A DNA stretch of 52,092 bases. It comes from Bacillota bacterium (GTDB taxonomy: Bacteria > Bacillota > Clostridia > Oscillospirales > SIG627). The stretch lies in the NCBI GenBank assembly GCA_029006345.1, contig JAQXGK010000019.1, positions 1 to 52,092 on the forward strand, read 5' to 3'. A program made the translations under genes and the position numbers. Under the pieces are notes generated by a model. That model did no database searches, was not told the DNA's origin, and was given only the letters and a program-made list of their open reading frames with translations. Below, one piece after another: positions 17,621 to 27,934 of the stretch; positions within the stretch are counted from its first letter, which is position 1; every line of letters starts with the position of its first letter.

Positions 17621-18977
17621 GAATTTATCTGCAAGTGAAAAAGAATACCGAAAAATGACCGGCACACCGATACCGAAGCTTATTCTTTCGCTGTCGGTTC
17701 CGACGGTGATTGCAATGATGGTTACCGCGGTCTATAATGTCGCGGACACATATTTTGTCTCCCAGCTCGGAACCAGCGCGTCGGGCGCCACCGGAATAGT
17801 GTTTTCGCTGATGGCGATAATTCAGGCGGTAGGCTTTACGTTCGGCATGGGTTCGGGCTCGATTATTTCGCGCCTGCTCGGGCAGAAAAAGGTGCGGGAA
17901 TCCGGAATTGTGGGTACAAGTGCTTTTTTTGCCTCCGTGGCGTTCGGGGTGTTGCTGGGCGTAGGCGGAATTGCCTTTCTTTCGCCGTTTATGCGGCTAC
18001 TCGGCGCAAAAGGTGAAATACTGCCGCTTGCCGAGGAATATGCTTTCTTTATACTGATGGCTTCGCCGGTCATGGCCTCGTCGTTTGTTCTCAATAATCT
18101 GTTGAGAAGCGAGGGTAAGGCGCAGCTTGCCTTGATAGGTATAGGCTTCGGAGGAATACTCAATATTGCTCTCGACCCGTTATTGATATTTACCTTTGAT
18201 ATGGGAATAAGAGGCGCGGCTGTAGCTACGGCAATCAGCCAGACCGTCAGCTTTTCCATTCTTTTATTTAACTTTATCCGAAGGCGCACTACGGTCGCTC
18301 TGCGGTTTTGTTTTATATCGCGCAGAGCCGGGACATATGCCGCGATACTGAAAAACGGTATGCCGTCCTTCTGCCGTCAGGGAATTGCGAGTATTGCGAC
18401 AGTTATGCTTAACAGGGCCGCCGCAGGCTTCGGCGACGCGGCGGTAGCGGCCATGTCGATCGTCAGCAAAATAATCATGATGGTTTTTTCGGTACTTATC
18501 GGCTTCGGTCAGGGATATCAGCCGGTATGCGGCTACAACTACAGCTCGCGCCACTACCTTCGGGTTAAGAGCGCATATCGGTTTATGCTGTGGGTAGGTG
18601 TGGCAATAATGGCTGTGCTGGGCTGCGGTGTATTTATACTTGCGCCCGGGCTTATGACAGAGTTTATAAACGACGATCCGGCTGTGGTGGAAATAGGCGC
18701 ATTAGCGCTCAGAATGCAATGTGTCTCCCTGCCGTTTATCGCGGTCGGAGTTGCCTGCAACATGACCTTTCAGTCGGTCGGAAAAGCAGGAATGGCTACC
18801 TTTACTTCCTCTTTCCGCCAAGGCTTTTTCTTCGTGCCGCTTATAGTTATACTGCCGCGCGTCCTTGGATTGACCGGGGTACAGCTGACTCAGCCGATAG
18901 CCGATTTTCTGACCTGCTTTGTGTCTATTCCGTTGATAACAGGCTTTTTGAGAAGCTTGCCGGATTCAGATGAATAG
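17613..18977 (+). CDS. MATE family efflux transporter
   Basis: About 12 TM segments; YNVADTYFV, NIALDPLLIF, GAAVAT, QGYQPVCGYNY. Confidence 0.92.
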   Translation: MTENLSASEKEYRKMTGTPIPKLILSLSVPTVIAMMVTAVYNVADTYFVSQLGTSASGATGIVFSLMAIIQAVGFTFGMGSGSIISRLLGQKKVRESGIVGTSAFFASVAFGVLLGVGGIAFLSPFMRLLGAKGEILPLAEEYAFFILMASPVMASSFVLNNLLRSEGKAQLALIGIGFGGILNIALDPLLIFTFDMGIRGAAVATAISQTVSFSILLFNFIRRRTTVALRFCFISRRAGTYAAILKNGMPSFCRQGIASIATVMLNRAAAGFGDAAVAAMSIVSKIIMMVFSVLIGFGQGYQPVCGYNYSSRHYLRVKSAYRFMLWVGVAIMAVLGCGVFILAPGLMTEFINDDPAVVEIGALALRMQCVSLPFIAVGVACNMTFQSVGKAGMATFTSSFRQGFFFVPLIVILPRVLGLTGVQLTQPIADFLTCFVSIPLITGFLRSLPDSDE

Positions 18978-19011
18978 CGGCAAGTCCCAACCGAGCTGTT
19001 TTATAAAAAAA

Positions 19012-19050
19012 CTGCTTCTTTTCCGCTTGTAGTAAGCGGAAAAGAAGCAG
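19012..19050. terminator. Terminator between convergent genes
   Basis: 17-bp perfect stem CTGCTTCTTTTCCGCTT/AAGCGGAAAAGAAGCAG; a second hairpin follows. Confidence 0.75.
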
Positions 19051-19088
19051 AAACACCGACTTTCATCCGAGGAGGCCTCGGATGTTTT

Positions 19089-20918
19089 TTATTGTGTATG
19101 CACTGTATCTGACTCAACGGGTGCGGTTATGCGGGTGGTTATTCCCTCGCCGACATTGGGATGAAAATGGGAATAGACATTGTCACCCATAAAGAGGACT
19201 ATTAAAACCGCGCACAGGCTGAGCTTGACGCGCATGGGTATTTTTTTGAACAGTCTGTCGCAGAGCGGCGCAAGATAATATACGAAAAGACAGCCGCCCA
19301 AGGCGAAGAACAGCAGTCCTTCAAGACAAACCCTGCCCTTAATATTGAGAAAGTACCCGCTGTAGTTCCAGTACTTTACGCCCTTTGTCAGTTCAAGCAC
19401 AAGACCGGTGAAATACTCGAACACTCCGCAAAGCACGAAGGACAGCCCGAAGGTCAAAACCGGATTGTGACGGAAGCGCTTGAGTAATATCAGTATCATA
19501 ATTCCGCCAAAGCCGTAAATGGGCAGCCACGGACCGAACAGCGTGCCGCGGTTGACAAATCTTCCGCTGGCAATATAGGTCTGCAGCACCTCGGATATCC
19601 AGCCGGCAACCGAGAAGGTGAAAAACAGCAGAATATAGCTGACAACGCTGTAGTTTACGTTATAATCGGGCAGGCTGAGACGGCGCGGATTGTCCTCGTC
19701 GCGCTTTTGCTTGAGAAACGGGTTATCGGCATAAATCTCTGTGCCGTCGTCGGCGGTTATCGGGCCGTCAGGCACGGTGGGGCACAGCACTTCGTGCCAT
19801 GCGCTCTTTCTTAAAATTATATAAAGCTCCGTCTCCGACGCCGTGTAGTATGGATTGACAAAGAATATGCCGGGCAAACCGAATAATAGAAGGGACAGTA
19901 TCCTCCAGCCGACAAACGACATATCAAATAAAAACAGGCGCCATTTATTTCCGCTCATCATGAACTTGGACTGAGCAAAGGCGTCGCGCGCGGAAATCGA
20001 GGGATTGTCGGCGAGAATGTACGGGATCATACGGTACTCGTAATACTTTATTACACCGCCGACTATTGTAAGGCTCCAAAGAACGGTTTTTATCATTTTG
20101 AGGAGCATGATTTTGGCGACATTCCCGGTCTTGCGCTCACGGTAGGGAAACAGAATGCGCGATATGCGCGTGTCCTTATATGCGCGCGATTCCAGAAAGA
20201 AGCGGCGCTCGCCGACTGTCAGTATATACGACACGAATACGGTAAACAGCGCCGAAAGCAATATGCTGATAAGCGAGTTTATCGCGTCGGCGGTTTTATT
20301 GCCGGCAAAATTTGCGATAGCGTCAAAGCCGCGAAAAACGATGGCCTGAGCCTTGGTCGAGATATTGATGGCATTATTGATTACGTTGTTTATAACGCCG
20401 TAATCTCCGTCATTCGACTGACTTGCGCTTGTCTTGCTTATCTTTTTGACGGCGTTCCACAGTATCGAGCTGTTGGAGCCGGCAGACGCCAGAACGATTG
20501 CCGAAACCGGTTTTTTCCATTCGCTTATTTGATTGCCGTCCCCGTCAAGCAGGGCGTATTCGCGGTCGCTGACTGCGTTATGCATTATGATTTCGCTTTT
20601 CGCAATATTAATTTGCGTGGCACTGTCGTCTTGGGCGGACGTTTCTTCCGCTTTGCCGGTTTGTATGGCAGTTACGGTTACTGCTTCGTCCGTGTCCGGT
20701 TTGCGCGATACTATACTATAGCAGGTATCCGGTGAGAGGCGGTCGAAAACGACCTGGTATTCCTTTTGGGCGAAGGTTTCGCCGCCGAAAAAATTTACCG
20801 ATGAGTCCGGGTAGTTATTTGTAAGCAGTGAGATGATAAAGCAGACCGCAATCATTGCAAGATAGTTGCGTCTGAGGGACTTTTTGCCGGCGCGCTTAAG
20901 CTGACTCGTATTCCACAC
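19089..20918 (-). CDS. Membrane protein: DUF975-like domain fused to a C-terminal putative ABC-permease (CmpB-like) domain
   Basis: IKYYEYRMIPYILADNP, SKFMMSGNKW; GWISEV, NRGTLFGPWLPIYGFG, YWNYS, NIKGRVCL; GTG start after AAAGGAGG. Confidence 0.8.
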   Translation of the reverse strand: MWNTSQLKRAGKKSLRRNYLAMIAVCFIISLLTNNYPDSSVNFFGGETFAQKEYQVVFDRLSPDTCYSIVSRKPDTDEAVTVTAIQTGKAEETSAQDDSATQINIAKSEIIMHNAVSDREYALLDGDGNQISEWKKPVSAIVLASAGSNSSILWNAVKKISKTSASQSNDGDYGVINNVINNAINISTKAQAIVFRGFDAIANFAGNKTADAINSLISILLSALFTVFVSYILTVGERRFFLESRAYKDTRISRILFPYRERKTGNVAKIMLLKMIKTVLWSLTIVGGVIKYYEYRMIPYILADNPSISARDAFAQSKFMMSGNKWRLFLFDMSFVGWRILSLLLFGLPGIFFVNPYYTASETELYIILRKSAWHEVLCPTVPDGPITADDGTEIYADNPFLKQKRDEDNPRRLSLPDYNVNYSVVSYILLFFTFSVAGWISEVLQTYIASGRFVNRGTLFGPWLPIYGFGGIMILILLKRFRHNPVLTFGLSFVLCGVFEYFTGLVLELTKGVKYWNYSGYFLNIKGRVCLEGLLFFALGGCLFVYYLAPLCDRLFKKIPMRVKLSLCAVLIVLFMGDNVYSHFHPNVGEGITTRITAPVESDTVHTQ

Positions 20919-20945
20919 TGACCGTCGTCCTCCTTTAGATAATAA

Positions 20946-20976
20946 AAACGGAAGCTGCATTTTGCAGCTTCCGTTT
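20946..20976 (-). terminator. Terminator of the deacetylase gene
   Basis: AAACGGAAGCTGCA-ttt-TGCAGCTTCCGTTT. Confidence 0.7.
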
Positions 20977-21023
20977 ATCATGACTCAAAAATGCTGCTTT
21001 GCCGTATATTTGAGCTGAGATTT

Positions 21024-23018
21024 TCAGAACTTGCGTTGATTAGCGTCTTTTGACTGCTTTTGGCTGCTACCGTACTTCATTCGAGCTCGTTGCGAGCGAC
21101 GGCGTTTTTTTCTTTTTGCGGCGCGTATGCGGAAAAACGCCATCAATGCCACAAAGATAAATAAGAGAGACAAGACAACTGCCGCCACGATTTTTAACAC
21201 CGTTACCATGACGCTCGGGCTATTATTCGCGTCGGAATCCGCGGAAGTGCCCGGTACTGTTGTGGTGGTGACAAGCGCAATGTCGCCCGAGGTCAGCTTG
21301 CCGTCAAAGTTTGCAAGGAATACCGCGCATGCACCGCGTGTGACCGTGCCGGCGGGATTAAAGGCATTTGTACCCGTGCCCTGAACAAGGCCGAGAGATT
21401 GGCAGCTTGCAACGGCTTCTGCCGCCCACGCGCTTATCGCATCGCTGTCGGAAAACGGCTCGGCGGCGGTTGCGGTACTGCCGGCTGCAAGATTTTTATA
21501 CGCCATATACTTTGTCAGTAAAAGGCACATTTGCTCACGCGTAAGCGGCCGGTCCGCGCCGAAGCTGCCGTCGGAGTTGCCGCCGGCTATTGCGGCTTCT
21601 GCCGCCCAGGCGACTGAGGCAAAATACCGGCTGTCTGCGGGAACATCCGAAAATTTCACTTCGCCCTTAGCGTATTTAGTCAGGTCATCCTTACTCATTT
21701 CGGCGAGATATGTGACAAATTCAGCCTTTGTAACAGTTGCCTCCGGCGCAAAGAGATGTGAGCCGGCATCCTGCATAAGACCCTTGTGATATATCTCGGA
21801 AACGGCGTCAAAGTAGGGGCTGTCGGGGGATATATCGGTGAAAAGATCGCCATATGAGGTGCGGTAGAGAGTGAGAATTTCGCTGTTTAACAAGCCGCTT
21901 TTTATTGCTACGGCACGTATGCTTCCGGCAGGCACAAAGGGCTCTGTATAGAGAGTGCCGGCGTCGGAGGGCTCGGACAAATCCGATGTGTAGTAGATAT
22001 TCGCCCCCTCGGTCCGGGTAGTCAGCGAAAGCCGGCCGTCGCTGTCAACCGAGAAATCAATCGGCTCACAGGCGTTGGCGTTGACGGCGAACTCTCCGAC
22101 AGGCGATTTTGTCCCGAAGCTGTCGATGGCGACCGCCTTGAATACGGTGGGTTTTGTAACTGTGATTGCGCCGGAATAGACTGTGCTGCCTGATGTCGGC
22201 TCGCTGCCGTCCGTAGTATAATATATCGTGAAATCGGCCGCATTGACGCTTATTTCAAGTGTTTCTGCACCGTTTTGTTCCTTTTCCGTAAAGACGGGAG
22301 CGGAAACCGCCGGAAGATCGTTTCCGCTTGACGGGATGTGTCTGTATATAGTGCCGCTTTCTATTTTAACGCCGCGGCGGCGGTAAAGTTCACTGACTGT
22401 GACGAATTCATACCCCTGAGCCTGAAGCTCGGGAATTGCACGCGCTACGCCCTGAACGCTGGTTTCGTACATATCGTGCAGCAGGATTATCGCGCCGTCC
22501 TCGGTCATTGACATTATATTCTGATATACGCTTTCTGCATCGCGGGTTTTCCAGTCGAGCGTGTCTATGTTCCAAAGGATGAGCGGATATCCGAGACCCT
22601 TGACCATATCGTCCCGCGCACCGTACGGCGGGCGGATAAGATAGGTTTGGTAGTTTGTGTACGGCTTAATTGCCGCAACGCAGGAATCAAGCTCTTTTTT
22701 TGCCTCTTCCGGGGAAAGGGTTGTAAGCTTTGCGTGGCTGTATGAGTGACCGGCAACCTGATGTCCCTCGGCGGCTTCGCGGGCGATCGTGTCGCTGCGC
22801 GAGGCAATTCTGTTGCCGACTGTAAAGAAGGTTGCCTTTACACCGTATTGCTTGAGCACATCAAGAAGAACTTCGGTATACTTGCTCGGGCCGTCGTCAA
22901 AGGTGAGGGCTATAAGCTTTGGTGAATCCGCGGCGGCGCTGACGGGAGTAAACACCGAAAGAGTGACAGCGAGCAAAACAAAAGATATCAATAATGCTGT
23001 AAATCTTATTTTTTTCAC
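21024..23018 (-). CDS. Surface polysaccharide deacetylase (CE4) with two Fn3-associated domains, SLH domains and a C-terminal TM anchor
   Basis: ALTFDDGP, HSYSH, RPPYG, DTLDW, ILLHD; IYYTTDGSEP-like x2; SLH motifs TKAEF, TREQM, TRGAC. Confidence 0.88.
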   Translation of the reverse strand: MKKIRFTALLISFVLLAVTLSVFTPVSAAADSPKLIALTFDDGPSKYTEVLLDVLKQYGVKATFFTVGNRIASRSDTIAREAAEGHQVAGHSYSHAKLTTLSPEEAKKELDSCVAAIKPYTNYQTYLIRPPYGARDDMVKGLGYPLILWNIDTLDWKTRDAESVYQNIMSMTEDGAIILLHDMYETSVQGVARAIPELQAQGYEFVTVSELYRRRGVKIESGTIYRHIPSSGNDLPAVSAPVFTEKEQNGAETLEISVNAADFTIYYTTDGSEPTSGSTVYSGAITVTKPTVFKAVAIDSFGTKSPVGEFAVNANACEPIDFSVDSDGRLSLTTRTEGANIYYTSDLSEPSDAGTLYTEPFVPAGSIRAVAIKSGLLNSEILTLYRTSYGDLFTDISPDSPYFDAVSEIYHKGLMQDAGSHLFAPEATVTKAEFVTYLAEMSKDDLTKYAKGEVKFSDVPADSRYFASVAWAAEAAIAGGNSDGSFGADRPLTREQMCLLLTKYMAYKNLAAGSTATAAEPFSDSDAISAWAAEAVASCQSLGLVQGTGTNAFNPAGTVTRGACAVFLANFDGKLTSGDIALVTTTTVPGTSADSDANNSPSVMVTVLKIVAAVVLSLLFIFVALMAFFRIRAAKRKKRRRSQRARMKYGSSQKQSKDANQRKF

Positions 23019-23142
23019 CGATAAATCACCTCTTTCGACATTTTTCTTCTGCAAATACTATATTATCACAATCCGAAATGCCGTTCAATAGAAAAAAGGG
23101 AAATTGCCAACAATTTTTGACAATTTCCCTAAGAGTATTTTA

Positions 23143-23907
23143 TTACTTGGAGGCCGCATCCATCATAGCTTTGCGGCACTCGGTCTTTAGCTTCTCTACT
23201 GATTGCTTCAGACTGAGCGTCAAGTCCGGATAGACCGGCGAAAGCACCTCAAGGCGAAGGCAGGGCTTATGCTTGTAACAAGAGAGGCCTGCGGGAGCTG
23301 ACTGTGAAAGATACATGGGCACTACCGGAACGCGGCTCTTTGCCGCGAGACGAAAGGCTCCGTCGTGAAATTCGCGAAGCTCGGTGCAATACGGCTTGAG
23401 AACGGCCTCGGGATAAAAATGAACAAAGCTTCCCTCTGCCAATGCCTTGCTCATTTCGGCGAACATTTCGCCCATGCGCGCAGGGCGGCGGGACATGGGT
23501 ACGGCTCTGAGCCACTTAATAAGGCTGCGGACAACCGGTATCCTGAAATTTGATTCCAAGGTGACATAATATGCCCTGTGCGGAAACAGCGCAAGATCGA
23601 CCATGGTACAGTCGAGGGGGTGGATATGATTGGCTATAGTTACGGCGCCGCCGGAAACGCGGTCGAAATTCTCGGTGCCGGATACGGAATATCCGAGAAA
23701 GACGCGGTCTATTATCTGCAAAATGGGGTTGAGAGCGGTGCGCAGCACCGCCGAGCCGGTATCGGCGAGGGCGGAGGTGCGGCGGTAATCATAGCCCCGC
23801 GGAACATCAAAGGAGCGGCTTTCATTGAAATGAAGCTCGTGTACGTCGCCGGACGGCTGTTCGTCGGTCAGGCCGAGTGGGCGGGTGTCTTTATTCTGAT
23901 TGTTCAT
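23143..23907 (-). CDS. Lysophospholipid acyltransferase (PlsC family)
   Basis: NHIHPLD (HxxxxD), FYPEA, GAFRLA. Confidence 0.85.
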   Translation of the reverse strand: MNNQNKDTRPLGLTDEQPSGDVHELHFNESRSFDVPRGYDYRRTSALADTGSAVLRTALNPILQIIDRVFLGYSVSGTENFDRVSGGAVTIANHIHPLDCTMVDLALFPHRAYYVTLESNFRIPVVRSLIKWLRAVPMSRRPARMGEMFAEMSKALAEGSFVHFYPEAVLKPYCTELREFHDGAFRLAAKSRVPVVPMYLSQSAPAGLSCYKHKPCLRLEVLSPVYPDLTLSLKQSVEKLKTECRKAMMDAASK

Positions 23908-25058
23908 ATTTTTTTACCGTGCGCGGATATTTCATCACCGAACATTTTTTCGGCGGCGGAAACACAGCTGTCGAGGGCATACTTGAGCCCCAGCTCGGCG
24001 TAACGCATTTCGGTCTCCCGGCGGATATCCGGATGCTCTATCCAGTAGTCGATTTTTTTGGCGAGCGCCGCAGGGTCTCCGGCGGGGAAAAGGCTGCGGT
24101 CATCAAGCGCAAATTGCGGGGTGGCGCTGCGGGGACTGTCGGCTATTATCGGCACCAGTCCGCCGGCGAAAGCCTCCATGCATGACATGGCCTCGATCTC
24201 TATATCGGCAGAGTGTACGTAAAGGTCGCTCATGGCAATCATATTGAGAAGCTCGGACTTTGAGAAGAAGTTGTTATATACGTCTACTCCGCATTTTTCA
24301 GCCCGGCTGAGAATCTGTTTTTTGCGAGGGCCGTTTCCCGCTAAGACCAGTTTGATCTCTTTGCGATGGCGGGAAAGGGCGACTGCGTCCACCGTAACAT
24401 CCTGCCGTTTTTCTATCGACAGTCTTCCGGTAGATAAAATCACGAATTTTCCGTCAAACTCGGGCGTTTTGGGAAGCTTATTGTACTTGAAATCGGGGTC
24501 GATACCGTTGGAAATGACATGAAGCTCGCTTTTGTAGCCGTGCTTTTTCAGTTCGTTTGCTATGAAATTGCTCGGGCAGTGAATTCTATCGGTATAGCGG
24601 TAAATATATAAGCGAAACCAGTGATATATAAGGTTATTTATAAACCGGCAGTTGCCGAGATGAATGGACGATGAAATATTTTCGGGCTGAACATGAAACG
24701 CCGCAGTACACGGTATTCCCTCCCGGCGGGCGAGCTTGACGGCATTGTGAGATACGGCAAAAGGTGTGAGCAGATGAACGACATCGGCCCAGTGAACGGC
24801 TTCGGATATAATCCTTTTATCCACCTTGGCAAAGGTCATTCCCTGAGAGGATACAAGCTTGTCGAAAACGGGAATGTACTTTTTCTTCATAAGATAGGCT
24901 GTTTTGCCGGGTGCAACATCCTCAGGCGTGCCGTAGGAAAGCACTCTGACCTCATTGCCGTGGCGTTCAAGCACTTCGGCAAAGCGGCGCGCCGATATGG
25001 TCATGCCGTTGTTGGCTCTGTAAAACTGGTCGGCAATCAAAAGAATTTTCACGGTCAT
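23904..25058 (-). CDS. GT4 glycosyltransferase, probable diacylglycerol glucosyltransferase
   Basis: NNGMTISA, ISNGID, GRLSIEKRQD, EAMSCMEA. Confidence 0.85.
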   Translation of the reverse strand: MTVKILLIADQFYRANNGMTISARRFAEVLERHGNEVRVLSYGTPEDVAPGKTAYLMKKKYIPVFDKLVSSQGMTFAKVDKRIISEAVHWADVVHLLTPFAVSHNAVKLARREGIPCTAAFHVQPENISSSIHLGNCRFINNLIYHWFRLYIYRYTDRIHCPSNFIANELKKHGYKSELHVISNGIDPDFKYNKLPKTPEFDGKFVILSTGRLSIEKRQDVTVDAVALSRHRKEIKLVLAGNGPRKKQILSRAEKCGVDVYNNFFSKSELLNMIAMSDLYVHSADIEIEAMSCMEAFAGGLVPIIADSPRSATPQFALDDRSLFPAGDPAALAKKIDYWIEHPDIRRETEMRYAELGLKYALDSCVSAAEKMFGDEISAHGKKI

Positions 25059-25250
25059 TCCTCCGGAGAGTATGGTTTATACTATTTTAGCAGAAAAGCA
25101 GGCTTTTTTCAACAATAACCGTGAAAAGGCCTGCAAGCGGGCGGATAACGGTAATTTTGTCATGTGAAGCTGAAGCTTGTAAAGATGACTCGGACGAAAA
25201 GTAAAGGAGCCGAAAGGCTCCGAAACTTTATTATATTCTGATATGACTTT

Positions 25251-26687
25251 TTAAGAAGGCTTGTTTTTAAGACGGCCGGAGGCGTCGGACATTATTTTTT
25301 CCTCTGCCTGAGAGCCGAAGCGGTCTATCTCGCTCTTGCCCTTTTCGCCGTGAGTCAGACAGCCGGCGCCGCCGATGCATCCGCCGACGCACGCCATGCC
25401 CTCTATAAAGTTGGCGTCGAGGGCGCCGCGACCCGCTTTGAGCAGCGCCGCCTTGCAGGAGGCGATACCGTTGCAGATTTGCGGCTTGAATTCAAAATCG
25501 GTTTTTCCGCGTTCTCTGAGTCCCTCGGCGACCGCCTCGGTAAGTCCGCCGCTGCGGGCAAACACTCTGCCGAAGTATGAGGCGTCGGAAATCTTCTCCG
25601 CTTCAAGCGTGACAAGGTCGATGTCGCGGCTGTCGAGCAGGGCCTGAAGCTCCTCAAATGTAATGACGCTGTCGACAAAGCGCCTGACCTCCGGCTTCTG
25701 GAATTCGCTCTTTTTTGCGGTGCAGGGGCCGATGAACACTACCCTTGCGGTCGGGTCTTTTTCCTTGATGAGAAAGCCGGTCATTGCCATGGGAGAAAGA
25801 TTGTGCGAGATGTATTTTTCGAGCTCGGGAAACTGACGCTTTACATATTCGACAAAGGCGGGACAGCAGGAGCTTGTCAGAAAACCCTTTTCTGCCAGCT
25901 CGTTTGATTCGCTGTATGCCACCATATCCGCGCCGAGCGCAACCTCAACGACGCGCAGAAAGCCGAGCTTTTTGATACCAGCGAAAATCTGCCCTGTTTC
26001 GACGCCCTCAAACTGTCCGGCAATCGAGGGGGCGACTATGGCGTACATATTGTAGGCGGTGTTGTTTTTACTGCGCTTTAACAGGTCGATGACGTTCAGA
26101 ATGAACGACTTATCCATAATCGCGCCGAACGGACACTGATATATGCAGGCGCCGCAGTTAATGCACTTTTTCTCATCTATGCGCGCGGCATGATCCTCGC
26201 GCATGCTGATAGCCTTTACATGGCAGGCATTTTCGCACGGGCGCTTGTAATTGACAATGGCGCTGTACGGGCAGACCTTGGCGCAGGCGCCGCATTCGAC
26301 GCATTTGGTCTTATCTATATGTGCCTTCTGCAGATTGTCAAAGCTGATGGCTCCCAGGCGGCAGACCGATTCGCAGTGGTGGGCGATACAGCCGCGGCAG
26401 GCGTCAGTGACGGCATAACCGCCGACGGGACAGTCGTCGCAGGCGATGTCAATGACCTCGACTATATTCGGATTTCGCTTGTCTCCGCCCATAGCGAGCT
26501 TGACGCGCTCGGCGAGAATGGCGCGCTCCTTATACACGCAGCAGCGCATTGTTGCTTCTTTGCCCGGGACGATGGTCTTCGGGATGTCCGTGAGATTTTC
26601 GAGCAGAGCGTCCTTGTACGCCAGCCGCGAAACCTCGCAAAGAACCTTATATTTTAATTGCTGAACCTTTGTTTCGAATTTTTTCAT
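25251..26687 (-). CDS. Monomeric ferredoxin-type [FeFe]-hydrogenase
   Basis: H-cluster motifs TSSCCPAF, GPCTAKKSE, EGMACVGGCIGGAG; several N-terminal 4Fe-4S motifs. Confidence 0.92.
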   Translation of the reverse strand: MKKFETKVQQLKYKVLCEVSRLAYKDALLENLTDIPKTIVPGKEATMRCCVYKERAILAERVKLAMGGDKRNPNIVEVIDIACDDCPVGGYAVTDACRGCIAHHCESVCRLGAISFDNLQKAHIDKTKCVECGACAKVCPYSAIVNYKRPCENACHVKAISMREDHAARIDEKKCINCGACIYQCPFGAIMDKSFILNVIDLLKRSKNNTAYNMYAIVAPSIAGQFEGVETGQIFAGIKKLGFLRVVEVALGADMVAYSESNELAEKGFLTSSCCPAFVEYVKRQFPELEKYISHNLSPMAMTGFLIKEKDPTARVVFIGPCTAKKSEFQKPEVRRFVDSVITFEELQALLDSRDIDLVTLEAEKISDASYFGRVFARSGGLTEAVAEGLRERGKTDFEFKPQICNGIASCKAALLKAGRGALDANFIEGMACVGGCIGGAGCLTHGEKGKSEIDRFGSQAEEKIMSDASGRLKNKPS

Positions 26688-26761
26688 CTGTCAACCTGCC
26701 AAAGCGTTTAAACGGCATTTATATACAGAATTATTTTACCACATTCTGTCAAGAGTGTTTA

Positions 26762-27934
26762 TCAGAAATAGCTGACCTTTATACGTTTACCCATTTTGCG
26801 AAGACACTCGGCCAGATCGTTGACAAGGCGCATTTTCACGTTAAAGCTTATCGGGTCTGCGGAATTCTGATGGGCGGGGTTTATCGCCTTGCCTACAAAA
26901 AAGTTTATGTCGGTGGCTTCTTCAAACAGCATTCTGGCGATGAGCGAGGCTCCGTCCCTGCCGGCGCTCCAGACGCGGTAGCTTTCATTGTCGGCGAGAT
27001 AATCCTCGGCGTAGGATAAAACGCGGTTTATCGTTATAACGCCCTCGGTGACCAAATCCACGCCCTCTATTTTTGAGGTGGGCGGTATTTGAGGATCGGC
27101 AAAATTCAGTTCGGGTACAAGCGGTTTTCCGAGATACTCGGCGGCTATTTCCGAGGTGGTGCCGCCGCAGACGATGTGTTTGCCGCCCTTTGAAAAGAAC
27201 AGCGACATCATTTTGCCGCAGTCGCTTCTGTCGGAGGGAGGACCGATGACAAGGCTGACCGGCTCCCGCTGTCGTATGCGCGCACAGCAGACGGTGGTAT
27301 CGTCTCCCGGCTCGCCTTCGTACAGCGAGTAACATTCGTCTGCAAGCACGCTTGACAGAGTTTTCGCCGTGAAGCCCACACCGGTAAGCGGCTTGAGATA
27401 TTCTATCACCCGGTCGCGGTCCCATTCGTAGTTGAGATTCATTCCCGTTCCGGCATGAATGACACCGTCGCTCATGGCGACGAAGATATCTCCGTCCCGG
27501 ACGCTGAGGCGGGAGCAAAGTATCGTTTTGCCGCCGATATTGACAGTTTCGTACGGGTAATCCACGCTTTCGCCGTCCCGGAAGAAAATTACCCTGGGAT
27601 TATCGTACTGAATGAGCTCGGCGGTTTCGCCCGGACCGGTACGGATTGCCGTGAAGGTGGAATACGCGACCTTTCGCTCGGAGCACACCGGAAGCGTGGA
27701 GGCAACGGTTTCTATACAGTTTTCGACCGACATGCCCTCTGCCAGCATGGTGGAGATTATTTTCGAGGTCAGTGTGGACAGAATATTTGCCTTTACTCCG
27801 CTACCGAGACCGTCGGCAAGCACGCTTACAAACGAGCCGTCCTCACAGTACTTTTGTTCTACATGGTCGCCGCAGAGCTCCTCGCCGTGCCTGATGAGAC
27901 TGCGGTAGCCGTAATCGGTGCAATATTTAGTCAT
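26762..27934 (-). CDS. SpoIIE/PP2C family Ser/Thr phosphatase (HfsC-like)
   Basis: LCGD, LADGLGSGVKA, MSDGVIHAG, PGDDTTV. Confidence 0.9.
   Translation of the reverse strand: MTKYCTDYGYRSLIRHGEELCGDHVEQKYCEDGSFVSVLADGLGSGVKANILSTLTSKIISTMLAEGMSVENCIETVASTLPVCSERKVAYSTFTAIRTGPGETAELIQYDNPRVIFFRDGESVDYPYETVNIGGKTILCSRLSVRDGDIFVAMSDGVIHAGTGMNLNYEWDRDRVIEYLKPLTGVGFTAKTLSSVLADECYSLYEGEPGDDTTVCCARIRQREPVSLVIGPPSDRSDCGKMMSLFFSKGGKHIVCGGTTSEIAAEYLGKPLVPELNFADPQIPPTSKIEGVDLVTEGVITINRVLSYAEDYLADNESYRVWSAGRDGASLIARMLFEEATDINFFVGKAINPAHQNSADPISFNVKMRLVNDLAECLRKMGKRIKVSYF

Noticed and set aside
20919-20981. N-terminal extension of the DUF975 ORF in the track
   Set aside because: It overlaps a terminator hairpin; a strong RBS supports the GTG at 20918
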